Assembly (NCBI GenBank): GCA_030373505.1
Contig: JAUCYS010000016.1
Coordinates: 7,576-71,575 of the forward strand
Reading direction: 5' to 3'
DNA length: 64,000 nucleotides
Origin: Parasphingorhabdus sp.
Lineage (GTDB): Bacteria; Pseudomonadota; Alphaproteobacteria; Sphingomonadales; Sphingomonadaceae
Part shown: one piece after another, positions 19,098 through 28,625 of the stretch
Position numbering within the stretch: the stretch's first letter is position 1
How the letters are laid out: each line of letters begins with the position of its first letter
Position numbers and translations under genes: made by a program
The notes under the pieces: generated by a model
Databases searched by the model: none
The model's input: the letters and a program-made list of their open reading frames with translations, nothing else
Told to the model about the DNA's origin: nothing

Positions 19098-20690
19098 ATG
19101 ACAGAGAATATCAAAATCAAACGCGCGCTTTTGTCGGTATCGGACAAGAGCGGTCTCGCCGAACTCGGCCAGAAGCTGGCGGCCATGGGCGTGGCCCTGA
19201 TCTCGACCGGCGGCACCGCAAAGGCGCTGCGCGACGCCGGGCTGGAGGTTGCGGATATCAGCGATGTGACCAATTTTCCCGAAATGATGGATGGCCGCGT
19301 CAAGACGCTTCATCCCAAGGTCCACGGCGGTCTGCTCGCCCGTCGTGACGATGCGGGTCATGTCGCCTCGATGCAGGAACATGATATCGCCGGCATCGAT
19401 CTGGTGATCGTCAATCTCTATCCCTTCGCCCAGACCGTCGCCAAGGGCGCCGAGCGTGACGAGATTATCGAGAATATCGATATCGGCGGCCCGTCGATGG
19501 TCCGCAGCGCCGCCAAGAACCACGACTTCGTCACCATCGTTACCGATCCCTCGGACTATGACACACTGCTCGCCGAGTTGCAGCAGAATGACGGTGCCAC
19601 CTCGCTCGCCTTCCGCAAGAATATGGCCGCCAAGGCCTTTGCCGCGACCGCGCGCTATGACGGCATGATTGCCCAGTGGTTCGGTTTTGCCGATCAGGGC
19701 AAGATGTTCCCCGACACGCTGCCGCTGACGATGAGCCGCCCGGTCGAACTGCGCTATGGCGAAAATCCGCACCAGAGCGCCGCTCTCTACCTGCCGGATG
19801 GCCCGTCCGCCAGCGGCATTGCGCAGGCGGAGCAGCTGCAGGGCAAGGCGCTCAGCTACAATAATTACAACGACGCCGATGCCTCGCTCGAGCTGGTCAG
19901 CGAATTCCGCGACGGACCGCCAACGGTGGTTATCGTCAAGCACGCCAATCCCTGCGGCGTCGCCAGCGCCGACAATATTGTCGATGCCTATAAAGAGGCG
20001 CTCGCCTGCGACAGTGTCTCCGCTTTCGGCGGCATCATCGCCGTCAACCGCCCGCTCGACGGCGCAGCGGCGGAAGCCATGACCGGCATCTTCACCGAGG
20101 TCGTCTGCGCGCCCGATGCCGATGACGACGCCCGGGCCATCTTCGCCAAGAAGAAGAACCTGCGCCTGCTGCTGACCGGCGAATTGCCCGACCCGGCCCG
20201 CACCGGCATGAACGTGAAAAATATTGCCGGCGGCTATCTGCTGCAGACCCGTGACAATGGTCATGTCTCCCGCGCGGATCTGAAATGCGTCACCAAACGC
20301 GCGCCGAGCGAGCAGGAAATGGCCGACTGCCTGTTTGCCTGGACGGTCGCCAAACATGTCAAATCCAATGCGATTGTCTATGCCAAGGACGGGGCCACGG
20401 CGGGCGTCGGTGCCGGCCAGATGAACCGCCTCGAATCCGCCCGTATCGCCGCATGGAAAGCGCGCGATGCTGCGGAGAAGGCCGGCTGGACCGAATCCCG
20501 CACGATCGGCTCGGCGGTCGCCTCGGACGCCTTCTTCCCCTTCGCCGATGGCCTGATGGCAGCGGTCGAGGCGGGTGCCACGGCGGTGATCCAGCCCGGC
20601 GGCTCGATCCGCGACGACGAAGTCATTGCCGCCGCGGATGAAGCGGGCCTCGCCATGCTGTTCACCGGCATGCGCCATTTCCGGCATTAG
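19098..20690 (+). CDS. purH: Bifunctional AICAR formyltransferase / IMP cyclohydrolase
   Basis: [25 protein letters not shown], ending TGMRHFRH. Confidence 0.98.
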   Translation: MTENIKIKRALLSVSDKSGLAELGQKLAAMGVALISTGGTAKALRDAGLEVADISDVTNFPEMMDGRVKTLHPKVHGGLLARRDDAGHVASMQEHDIAGIDLVIVNLYPFAQTVAKGAERDEIIENIDIGGPSMVRSAAKNHDFVTIVTDPSDYDTLLAELQQNDGATSLAFRKNMAAKAFAATARYDGMIAQWFGFADQGKMFPDTLPLTMSRPVELRYGENPHQSAALYLPDGPSASGIAQAEQLQGKALSYNNYNDADASLELVSEFRDGPPTVVIVKHANPCGVASADNIVDAYKEALACDSVSAFGGIIAVNRPLDGAAAEAMTGIFTEVVCAPDADDDARAIFAKKKNLRLLLTGELPDPARTGMNVKNIAGGYLLQTRDNGHVSRADLKCVTKRAPSEQEMADCLFAWTVAKHVKSNAIVYAKDGATAGVGAGQMNRLESARIAAWKARDAAEKAGWTESRTIGSAVASDAFFPFADGLMAAVEAGATAVIQPGGSIRDDEVIAAADEAGLAMLFTGMRHFRH

Positions 20691-20698
20691 GCGTTCTT

Positions 20699-20863
20699 CC
20701 CCTCTCCCGTGCGGGAGAGGGTTGCGCAGACTTGGCAGCTTGCTGCCTAGTCGCAACTGGGTGAGGGTGTACCAAACTCGAGCGGGCAGAACACCCTCAT
20801 CCAACATCGGCTAATCCGCTGCGCGAATAAGCCTCTGTATCCTTCTCCCTCACGGGAGAAGGA
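20699..20863. repeat. Composite palindromic REP-like element (CCCTCTCCC..GGGAGAGGG family), inverted pair
   Basis: Terminal hairpins CCCTCTCCCG-TG-CGGGAGAGGG and TCCTTCTCCC-TCAC-GGGAGAAGGA; inner GGGTGAGGGTGT...ACACCCTCATCC. Confidence 0.8.
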
Positions 20864-20877
20864 ATCGGGATAAGACA

Positions 20878-21168
20878 ATGGCGAAAAAGAACCTGTTCCC
20901 TCCTCGCGAAGACATGCTGGCGCTTGTCAATAATGGCGAACTCACCGTCAAGGTCACTCCCAATGCGGGCGAAAACAGCATCAGCCTGTCGGGCAAAGGC
21001 GAGTCTGACGCTACGCTGCTGGTCCGAGTCACCGCGACCCCCGAAAATGGCAAAGCCAATGCAGCGGTGCTGAAACTGCTCTCCAAGGCGCTCGGCCTGC
21101 CCAAAACATCGCTGGAAATCATCCGCGGCCACAATGCCCGAACGAAGGTTGTCGCTATTCCCGACTGA
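20878..21168 (+). CDS. DUF167 (YggU-like) protein
   Basis: VKVTPNA, VTATPENGKANAAV, IIRGHNARTK motifs. Confidence 0.9.
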   Translation: MAKKNLFPPREDMLALVNNGELTVKVTPNAGENSISLSGKGESDATLLVRVTATPENGKANAAVLKLLSKALGLPKTSLEIIRGHNARTKVVAIPD

Positions 21169-21219
21169 ACCTTCCCTCTCCCGGCGGAAGAGGATGGTGC
21201 CAGCTTCAACGAAAAGCAC

Positions 21220-21370
21220 GTGCCCCTGCGAAGGCAGGGGCCCATCTCCTGAACTATGATTTTTACGCGGGCGTGATGGAGCGGCGCACTGGCGCCGCAA
21301 TCGCCTTAGCGCTCCTGCGATAGCAAAAGAGGCTATTTCACGAGATGGGCTCCTGCCTTCGCAGGAGCAC
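21220..21370. repeat. Inverted REP-like pair (CCTGCGAAGGCAGG family)
   Basis: 29-bp arms at 21220-21248 and 21342-21370 with two mismatches that are mutually compensatory. Confidence 0.85.
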
Positions 21371-21392
21371 CACATATGTGCTATTCAACCCT

Positions 21393-21469
21393 GTGCTCCG
21401 CACCTGGTGCGGAGCCCTGCGTTATAAAGCGCGCACTGTCGTCAAAGCTCCGCATCAGGTGCGGGGCGC
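21393..21469. repeat. Inverted REP-like pair (CCGCACCTGRTGCGG family)
   Basis: GTGCTCCGCACCTGGTGCGGAGC and GCTCCGCATCAGGTGCGGGGCGC are near reverse complements. Confidence 0.75.
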
Positions 21470-21474
21470 ACCCA

Positions 21475-21882
21475 TCACTCCGGAACGGCAGCCTGTGCGT
21501 TCTGGCCATCGCCTTCGGGCGCAGCGATGATGTCGCGGGTCACGCTGCCCTTGGCAACGGTATAGGTTTCGGGGTCACCAACCGAGGAGCGGATTCCGGC
21601 ATCGGAATCACCGGCCTGGCCGACCACGGCCGATTCGGTCACGCTGCGCGCTTGCGGGCCGCCGAACAGGGCTTCCAGCGTCTGCTGCTGCAGGCCACCG
21701 GTCTGGGGACGAGGCTGACCGGGCTGCGGCGGAACCAATGTGAAATCGGGCGGGATCACCAGCGGTGGCTGGCGCGAAACCGCGAATTCATCGGGCCGGT
21801 CGCGGTCGAACAGCCCCGTGGAACCGCATGCGGTCAGGCTGGCCAGCGAAACAAGGCTGATGGCGACGGTCGATTTACGCAT
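21475..21882 (-). CDS. DUF3035 lipoprotein
   Basis: Lipobox LTAC and PDEFAVSRQPPLVIPPDFTL motif. Confidence 0.88.
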   Translation of the reverse strand: MRKSTVAISLVSLASLTACGSTGLFDRDRPDEFAVSRQPPLVIPPDFTLVPPQPGQPRPQTGGLQQQTLEALFGGPQARSVTESAVVGQAGDSDAGIRSSVGDPETYTVAKGSVTRDIIAAPEGDGQNAQAAVPE

Positions 21883-21937
21883 GATTATGTCCCTCAAAAA
21901 TCTCTTGTGGAGCCTGATAGCGCGCTCCTGTCACAGG

Positions 21938-22465
21938 TCAACTTTCGTCAAGCTGAACATGGTCTTTTGTCTCCGGCTTCTTTTCGCGGATTAACAGCGC
22001 CCGTGCAAGCAGGATCACCACCCCGATGCTGATACAGGCATCGGCGAGGTTGAAAATCAGGAACGGCCGGAAGTCGCCGATATGCAGGTCGGCAAAGTCC
22101 GCGACATAGCCCAGCCGCGCGCGATCAACGATATTGCCCATCGCGCCGCCCAGGATCAGGCCCAGCGCGACAATATCCCATTTCGCCTTTTCGCGGTTCA
22201 TCCACAGGAAGACCGCGATCCCGATCAGGCCGGTCAGCGCCACCAGCGCCCAGCGCTGCAAGTCGCTGGAAGCGGTGAGAAAGCCCATCGAAACCCCGTA
22301 ATTCTGCGCCCATGTCAGGTTGAAGAACGGCAGCAGCTCGATCTGTCCCCTGGCCGGCAGCTGCAGCGGCTCCATCACCAGAAATTTGCTCAACTGGTCG
22401 AGACCAAAGATCAGGAACGCAATGACCAGTCCGTTGCGGCGGTATTTCTTGATTTGGTCGGTCAT
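21938..22465 (-). CDS. lspA: Lipoprotein signal peptidase II
   Basis: DQLSK, NYGVSMG, GAMGNIVDR, FNLADACI motifs; follows ileS. Confidence 0.96.
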   Translation of the reverse strand: MTDQIKKYRRNGLVIAFLIFGLDQLSKFLVMEPLQLPARGQIELLPFFNLTWAQNYGVSMGFLTASSDLQRWALVALTGLIGIAVFLWMNREKAKWDIVALGLILGGAMGNIVDRARLGYVADFADLHIGDFRPFLIFNLADACISIGVVILLARALLIREKKPETKDHVQLDES

Positions 22466-22509
22466 GTCAAAATCCGTTCCGAACAGCAGCACCATCGTGA
22501 AAGAAGGAG

Positions 22510-22591
22510 TCGTCATCCTGAACTCGTTTCAGGATCTCTCTCGACAGAGCGCCAAGCCTGACAGGATCCTGAAACGAGTTCAGGATGACGA
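22510..22591. repeat. Perfect 27-bp inverted REP-like pair
   Basis: TCGTCATCCTGAACTCGTTTCAGGATC at 22510-22536 and its exact reverse complement at 22565-22591. Confidence 0.9.
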
Positions 22592-22603
22592 AAAGCGGAC
22601 GCC

Positions 22604-25573
22604 TCACGCCAAAACCTCGGCACAACGATCACACAGCGCGCCATCCTCTTCCACTTCCGGCAACAACCGCCAGCAGCGCCCGCATTTATGGTTGTCGGTC
22701 TTGCTCACGCCAATCGCATCGCCATCACTGACATCCGCGACAATCGCCAGTTCGGCAAATTCGTTTGTGCCGATCGGCAGGTCGGCCATCGGATAGACGA
22801 CCTCCGCTTCCAAGCTGGAACGGATCGTCTTTTCCCGCCGCAGCGGTTCGATCGCCTCGGTAACCTTTTCACGGGCGGCGCGGATAGTCTGCCATTTTGC
22901 CGCCAGTTCGGCGTCGACCCAGCCCGCATCCACCTCGGGCCATTCCTTGAGATGGATCGAATCCGCCTCGTCCGCAAACCGGCTCTGCCAGATTTCCTCG
23001 GCGGTAAACACCAGCACCGGCGCGATATAGCGGGTGAGGGCGTGGAACAGGATGTCCATCACCGTCCGGTAGGCCATGCGCTTCGGATCATCCGGCGCAT
23101 CGCAATAGAGGCAATCCTTGCGGATATCGAAGAAGAAGGCGCTTAGATCCTCCTGCGCAAAGGCATTCAATGCCCGCATATAGGGACCGAAGGCGAAGTC
23201 ATTCACATGCTGTTTCAGCTCGGCATCCACCTCGGCCAGCCGGTGCAATATATAGCGCTCCAGCTCGGGCATGTCGGCCACCGCCACCCGCTCGGCCTCG
23301 GTAAAGTCGCCAAGCCCGCCCAGCATATAGCGGAAAGTGTTGCGCAGCTTCCGGTAGCTGTCCGAAACGCCCTTCAGGATCTCGTCGCCGATCCGGTGAT
23401 CCTCGGTAAAGTCGACACTCGCCGCCCACAGCCGCAAGATATCCGCACCCTGGACATCGATGATCTTCTTCGGATCGAGCGTGTTGCCAAGCGACTTGGA
23501 CATTTTCTTGCCGGTCTTGTCGAGCGTCATGCCGTGGGTCAGCACCGCCTTGTAGGGCGCCCGTCCCCGGGTGCCGCAGGACTCCAGCAGGCTGGACTGG
23601 AACCAGCCGCGATGCTGATCGCTGCCTTCCAGATAGAGATCCGCCGGGCTGCGCTGCTCCGGCCATTTGCCGCTTTCCAGCACAAAGGCATGGGTGCAGC
23701 CGCTGTCAAACCAGACATCGAGAATATCGGTGATCACTTCATAATCATCGAGCGCATAGGCGTTGCCCAGGAACTCCTGATGATCGGCATTGAACCATGC
23801 ATCCGCCCCGCCGGTCTTGAACGCCGCGATAATCCGCGCATTGACCGCCGGATCGTTGAGATATTCACCGCTCTTGCGATCAACATAAAGCGCAATCGGC
23901 ACACCCCAGGCCCGCTGCCGCGACAATACCCAGTCGGGCCGGCCCTCGACCATCGACTCCAGCCGCCGTCGTCCCCGTTCCGGCACAAAGCGCACCTTGT
24001 TGCGGATTTCGTCCAGCGCGACATCGCGGAGTGTTGCCCCTCCACCATGCTGCGCATGGTCCCCCTCCCCGTCGCTGCGCGCTAGGGAGGATGCTTCCCC
24101 ATTTCCTCCCTGCGCCAAAGGCGTGGGGAGGGGGACCGTCGAAGACGGTGGAGGGGCCGAAAGCGGCGCATCCATCGGCACAAACCATTGCGGCGTGCAG
24201 CGATAGATGATCTTCGCCTTCGACCGCCAGCTGTGCGGATAGCTGTGGGTAAAATCATCGCTCGCCGACAGCAGCGCGCCGGCCTCGCGGAGGTCCGAAC
24301 AGATCGGCCCGTCCTTGGAGACAAATTTCTTGTTGATCACCGACCCTGCCCGCTCGTCGCCGCGCGGCAGCCAGGCCCAGTCGTCGCGATAGACGCCGTC
24401 GGCCTCGACCGCGAACACCGGATTGATGCCGTTCTTCTTGCATAGATCGAAATCGTCCTCACCATGGTCGGGCGACATATGGACCAGCCCGGTACCCGCG
24501 TCGGTGGTAACAAAATGCGAACCGTCGAGGAACGGGCGGGGCTTGGTATAAAATTCGCTATCCGGGAATTTGTCCGCCATCGGGTGTTTGGCGGTAGCGC
24601 CGGCTAGTTGGGAGCCTTTGCCCGACCATTCAACGTCCCAGTCGGTTTTTCCGCCGAACTGAGCGCGAACCCTTTCTGCAAATCCGTCAAGGAGGCTTTC
24701 TGCAATGATAAACATTCCCAATGAACGCAATGGAAACTGCTCTTCACCAGGTGGTATTTCCGATCGAGCTACTAAAAGATCGACCATGACATAATCAACA
24801 TCCGCCCCATAAGCGAGCGCCTGATTGACCGGAATCGTCCACGGTGTGGTCGTCCAGATCACCGCGCGTGCGCCTTCCAACTCACGAGCCAACGGACATT
24901 TATCAATCTCGAACGCCACATCGATCTGCGTGGAAACAATATCCTCATATTCCACCTCGGCCTCGGCCAGCGCGGTCTTCTCGACCGGCGACCACATCAC
25001 CGGCTTGGCGCCGCGATACAGCTGACCCGCCTCGGCAAACTTCAGCAATTCGGCGACAATCGCCGCCTCGGCGTCATAGTCCATCGTCAGATAGGGCTTG
25101 TCCCACTCGGCGAGAATGCCGAGCCGCTTGAATTCCTCGCGCTGCACATCGACCCATTTGTCGGCATAGGTCCGGCATTCGGCGCGGAACTCGCTGGCTG
25201 GCACCTCGTCCTTGTTGCGCTTCTTCTTGCGATATTCTTCCTCGATCTTCCACTCGATCGGCAGCCCGTGACAGTCCCAGCCCGGAACATAGGGCGCATC
25301 CTTGCCGAGCAGCGACTGCGAGCGGACCACCAGATCCTTCAGCGTCTTGTTGAGGCTGTGGCCGATATGGATATTGCCATTGGCATAGGGCGGGCCGTCA
25401 TGCAGAATGAACTTCTCGCGCCCGGCGCGCGCTTCGCGCAGCTTTTCATAAAGACCAATCTTCTGCCAGTGCGCCAGAATCGCCGGTTCCTTCTGCGCAA
25501 GGCCGGCTTTCATCGGGAAATCGGTTTTCGGCAGGAAAACCGTGTCTTTATAATCTGCTTTCGGATCGGTCAT
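22604..25573 (-). CDS. ileS: Isoleucine--tRNA ligase (with in-frame insertion)
   Basis: HDGPPYANG-HIGH, WTTTPWT, GTGLVH, KMSKS and a C-terminal CxxC...CxxC. Confidence 0.98.
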   Translation of the reverse strand: MTDPKADYKDTVFLPKTDFPMKAGLAQKEPAILAHWQKIGLYEKLREARAGREKFILHDGPPYANGNIHIGHSLNKTLKDLVVRSQSLLGKDAPYVPGWDCHGLPIEWKIEEEYRKKKRNKDEVPASEFRAECRTYADKWVDVQREEFKRLGILAEWDKPYLTMDYDAEAAIVAELLKFAEAGQLYRGAKPVMWSPVEKTALAEAEVEYEDIVSTQIDVAFEIDKCPLARELEGARAVIWTTTPWTIPVNQALAYGADVDYVMVDLLVARSEIPPGEEQFPLRSLGMFIIAESLLDGFAERVRAQFGGKTDWDVEWSGKGSQLAGATAKHPMADKFPDSEFYTKPRPFLDGSHFVTTDAGTGLVHMSPDHGEDDFDLCKKNGINPVFAVEADGVYRDDWAWLPRGDERAGSVINKKFVSKDGPICSDLREAGALLSASDDFTHSYPHSWRSKAKIIYRCTPQWFVPMDAPLSAPPPSSTVPLPTPLAQGGNGEASSLARSDGEGDHAQHGGGATLRDVALDEIRNKVRFVPERGRRRLESMVEGRPDWVLSRQRAWGVPIALYVDRKSGEYLNDPAVNARIIAAFKTGGADAWFNADHQEFLGNAYALDDYEVITDILDVWFDSGCTHAFVLESGKWPEQRSPADLYLEGSDQHRGWFQSSLLESCGTRGRAPYKAVLTHGMTLDKTGKKMSKSLGNTLDPKKIIDVQGADILRLWAASVDFTEDHRIGDEILKGVSDSYRKLRNTFRYMLGGLGDFTEAERVAVADMPELERYILHRLAEVDAELKQHVNDFAFGPYMRALNAFAQEDLSAFFFDIRKDCLYCDAPDDPKRMAYRTVMDILFHALTRYIAPVLVFTAEEIWQSRFADEADSIHLKEWPEVDAGWVDAELAAKWQTIRAAREKVTEAIEPLRREKTIRSSLEAEVVYPMADLPIGTNEFAELAIVADVSDGDAIGVSKTDNHKCGRCWRLLPEVEEDGALCDRCAEVLA
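24036..24157. repeat. Inverted pair of palindromic repeat units inside the ileS reading frame
   Basis: Unit 1 (24036-24091) and the reverse complement of unit 2 (24104-24157) share GCCCCTCCACC, GGTCCCCCTCCCC and AGGGAGGA, with different internal mini-hairpins. Confidence 0.88.
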
Positions 25574-25632
25574 GACCGCGGGGATTAGGGGACGCGGGGC
25601 GCCGGTGCAAGCGGGATTTGTGCCCGTGCAGC

Positions 25633-25831
25633 AACCGTTCGTCCTGAGCTTGTCGAAGGACCTCTGTCGGTACGCCAGGTGGTTCGACAGGCTCACCACG
25701 AACGGTTTTAAAGCAACCAGACCAACCGCCAATTTTGCCGTTAGTGGTGAGCCTGTCCAACCACGCCTCTCGTCGAAAGGCGCCGTTCACCTGCGGTGGC
25801 CTGCGGCTCGACAGGCTCAGGGCTAACGGCA
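25633..25831. repeat. Two tandem inverted REP-like pairs (CCGTT..TGAGCYTGTCGAA family)
   Basis: 29-bp units at 25633-25661, 25679-25707 (inverted), 25736-25764 and 25803-25831 (inverted). Confidence 0.88.
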
Positions 25832-25853
25832 GCCACGCTGAAGACCAACGGAT

Positions 25854-26777
25854 TTAGGCCAACAGCGCTCTCGCCTTCTCGCAATCCCGGTCCATCTGCA
25901 CTTTCAGCGCATCCAGATCGTCAAACTTCTCTTCCCCGCGCAGGAAATGGTGGAGCTCGACCTCGATCGTCTGGCCGTAGAGGTCTTCCGCAAAATCGAA
26001 GAAATAGGGTTCCAGCAATTCCTTCGGCGGGTCGAACATCGGCCGCACGCCCAGGCTCGCCGCGCCGTTCAGCACCCGGCCATCGGGCAGACGGCCCTTG
26101 ACCGCATAGATGCCATATTTCGGGCGCAGATATTGGCCCATGTCGATATTGGCGGTCGGATAGCCCAGTTCCCGACCGTTCTTGTCGCCGTGGATCACCT
26201 TGCCCTGAATCGCAAAAGGCCGGGTCAACAACCGGTTCGCTTCCTCGCAATGGCCTTCCTTCAGCGCCGCCCGGATTCGGCTGGAGGAGATCACGTCGTC
26301 GCTGTCGCTGATCGCCCGCACCGCCTCGCTTTTCAGTCCGTGTACCGCACCGACCTCGTGCAGCAGATCGATATTGCCCTTGGCGCCCTTACCAAAGGTG
26401 AAATCGGCACCGGTCACCACGCCGGCCGCGCCAAAGCGCTCGACCAGCAGCTCGGTGATAAAATCCTCCGCCGTCGTACCCGCCAGTCCGGCGTTGAATT
26501 CGAAGACCAGCATCGCGCTTGCGCCGGCATCGCAGAACAGCCGCTGGCGCTGGTCAAGACTGGTCAGGCGAAAGGGCGGCAGGTCGGGCTTGAAAAAGCG
26601 CACCGGATGCGGATCAAAGGTCGCGATAATCGCTGGCCGGCCTTCGTCCCGCGCCCAGTTCAGCGCCTTGCCGGCAACCGCCTGATGGCCGAAATGAAAG
26701 CCGTCAAAATTGCCCAGCGCCAGAATTGCTCCGCGCAGGTCGCCTTCGATCCGGTCATGTCCGTTCAGTCTGATCAT
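25854..26777 (-). CDS. ribF: Bifunctional riboflavin kinase / FAD synthetase
   Basis: GNFDGFHFGHQ, ISSSRIR, GRELGYPTAN motifs. Confidence 0.97.
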   Translation of the reverse strand: MIRLNGHDRIEGDLRGAILALGNFDGFHFGHQAVAGKALNWARDEGRPAIIATFDPHPVRFFKPDLPPFRLTSLDQRQRLFCDAGASAMLVFEFNAGLAGTTAEDFITELLVERFGAAGVVTGADFTFGKGAKGNIDLLHEVGAVHGLKSEAVRAISDSDDVISSSRIRAALKEGHCEEANRLLTRPFAIQGKVIHGDKNGRELGYPTANIDMGQYLRPKYGIYAVKGRLPDGRVLNGAASLGVRPMFDPPKELLEPYFFDFAEDLYGQTIEVELHHFLRGEEKFDDLDALKVQMDRDCEKARALLA

Positions 26778-26842
26778 CGAATCGCTATCGCGGGATTTTC
26801 CATTTGGTTCAACAAGTTCGTCATGCCGGGGCAGGCCGGTCT

Positions 26843-28099
26843 CTATTCCGTCACCAGCTCGCGGGCATCGGCCCCCGGCTTGACCACCAGCGGCGTTTCC
26901 GGGGTCACCGGTCCCTGCGGCATTGTGGCGACCGGCATCGGCTCCACGCCCGCCCTGATGACCCGCAGCGCATTGAGTCCCATCACCGCCCGGATTTCCG
27001 TCTCGGTAAAGCCGGCGTCGATCAACGCCTGGGTGATCTGGACAATCCCGCTGGTGTCAAATCTTGTCGTCACCGCGCCGTCAAAATCGCTGCCCAGAGC
27101 GACATGCTCGATCCCGACCAGATCGCGGACATGCCTGACCGCCTTGGCGACCGTCTTGGGATCGGTATCGCACATTGCCCCATCCCAATATCCCAGGCCA
27201 ATGACACCGCCGGTGGCCGCGACGCCCCTGATCTCTGCATCGGTCAGATTGCGATTGACCCCGCACACCGCCTGCACGCCGCCATGGCTGGAGACGACCG
27301 GACGCCGCGCCATCTTGAGAATATCGGCGACCGTCGCATGGCTCGAATGGGCGATATCGACGATCATTCCCTTCTGCTCCATGTCGCGGATGATGGTCCG
27401 GCCGAATTTGGTCAGTCCAGCCTTTTTCTCGCCGTGCATCGATCCGGCCAGTTCATTGTCGAAAAAATGCACCAGCCCCGCCATCCGCATGCCCGAGTCA
27501 TAAAGTTTCTGCAGATTTTCGCGCTTGCCTTCCAGCGTCTGCAGCCCCTCTGCCGAGAACATCACGCCGATCGGCCGCCGGTTGCGGGCGCGAAATTCGA
27601 CCAGCCCGTCGACGTCGGCGACATTGCTGATCTTGGCCAGCGCCCCAGCAGAATCCTTCACCGCCCGGTCCAGCTTTTGCGCGTGATAGAGTTGCCGTTC
27701 GAGCAGCGAGAACCATGTCCGCATCGGCTGCAGCTGCGCGATCGCCAACATGGTGATATTGTCTGTGTCGGCGCTGTTGCTGTCGTAATTCTGGCCGCGC
27801 GGGGTCTTGGTCACGCTGGAGAATATCTGCAGCCCGACATTGCCCTGCTGCATCCGTCTCAGGTCGATATGGCCATAGGTGACGGGGTCGGTGATCTTGC
27901 GCTGCCACAATAATGTGTCGCCGTGCAGATCGACGATCATCAGACTGTCATGCAGCCGCTGCGCCTCTGCGCTGATCTCCGGCAGCGGCTTGCCGTCAAC
28001 CATATTGGTCTGTTTTTCGAACCAGGCCGGCCCGAAGATCAGGAATGCGACGATGGCAACCGCGATCAGACCTAGAAGAGCCAGCGCGATTTTCTTCAT
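26843..28099 (-). CDS. Membrane dipeptidase (peptidase M19)
   Basis: VDLHGD, IVDIAH, SSHGG, LGSDFDG motifs; N-terminal membrane anchor. Confidence 0.9.
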   Translation of the reverse strand: MKKIALALLGLIAVAIVAFLIFGPAWFEKQTNMVDGKPLPEISAEAQRLHDSLMIVDLHGDTLLWQRKITDPVTYGHIDLRRMQQGNVGLQIFSSVTKTPRGQNYDSNSADTDNITMLAIAQLQPMRTWFSLLERQLYHAQKLDRAVKDSAGALAKISNVADVDGLVEFRARNRRPIGVMFSAEGLQTLEGKRENLQKLYDSGMRMAGLVHFFDNELAGSMHGEKKAGLTKFGRTIIRDMEQKGMIVDIAHSSHATVADILKMARRPVVSSHGGVQAVCGVNRNLTDAEIRGVAATGGVIGLGYWDGAMCDTDPKTVAKAVRHVRDLVGIEHVALGSDFDGAVTTRFDTSGIVQITQALIDAGFTETEIRAVMGLNALRVIRAGVEPMPVATMPQGPVTPETPLVVKPGADARELVTE

Positions 28100-28590
28100 G
28101 GCAGTTTTCGCTTCAGGGTAACAAAGCTGTAGGCCGGCTTGCCGTTTTTCGCCTCATGATCCTCGCGCGCCGTTTCTTCCCAGACCACCTTGTCGAAGGC
28201 TGGCATTTTGGTATCGCCCTCGGGCTCGCTGTGCACTTCGGTCAACTCGATCCGGTCGGCGCGGTCCAGAAAGGCCTTGTAGATCTGTGCGCCGCCAATC
28301 ACCGCGATATGCGGCGCATTGGCCATTTTCAGTGCTTGTTCGACGCTATCCGCGACATCCGCGCCATCGCCTTCCCAGTTCGTGTCCCGGCTGAGCACGA
28401 TATGGCGTCGGCCCGGCAACAGGCCGGGCAGGCTGTCAAAAGTCTTGCGTCCCATGATCATCGGCTTGCCCATGGTCATGGTCTTGAATCGCCTCTGATC
28501 CTCCGGCAGGTGCCACGGAATGCTGTCGCCGTTGCCGATCACGCCATTGTCGGCGCGGGCAAGAAAGAAAATGATTTCAGGATGGTTCAT
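28096..28590 (-). CDS. folA: Dihydrofolate reductase
   Basis: NGVIG, PWHLPED, MGRKTFDSL, LPGR, IGGAQIY motifs. Confidence 0.95.
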   Translation of the reverse strand: MNHPEIIFFLARADNGVIGNGDSIPWHLPEDQRRFKTMTMGKPMIMGRKTFDSLPGLLPGRRHIVLSRDTNWEGDGADVADSVEQALKMANAPHIAVIGGAQIYKAFLDRADRIELTEVHSEPEGDTKMPAFDKVVWEETAREDHEAKNGKPAYSFVTLKRKLP

Positions 28591-28625
28591 AGGCGACGCC
28601 TAGCGCAGTTCCGGCGGACTGCAAA

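Noticed and set aside
25574-25732. N-terminal extension of IleS in the ORF track (similarly lspA, purH, rsmB and padR extensions)
   Set aside because: These are open frames through repeats or spacers; conserved sequence begins at the downstream ATG.
20699-25831. Repeat clusters as a CRISPR array
   Set aside because: The repeats are inverted pairs of different families, not direct repeats with regular spacers, and there are no cas genes.
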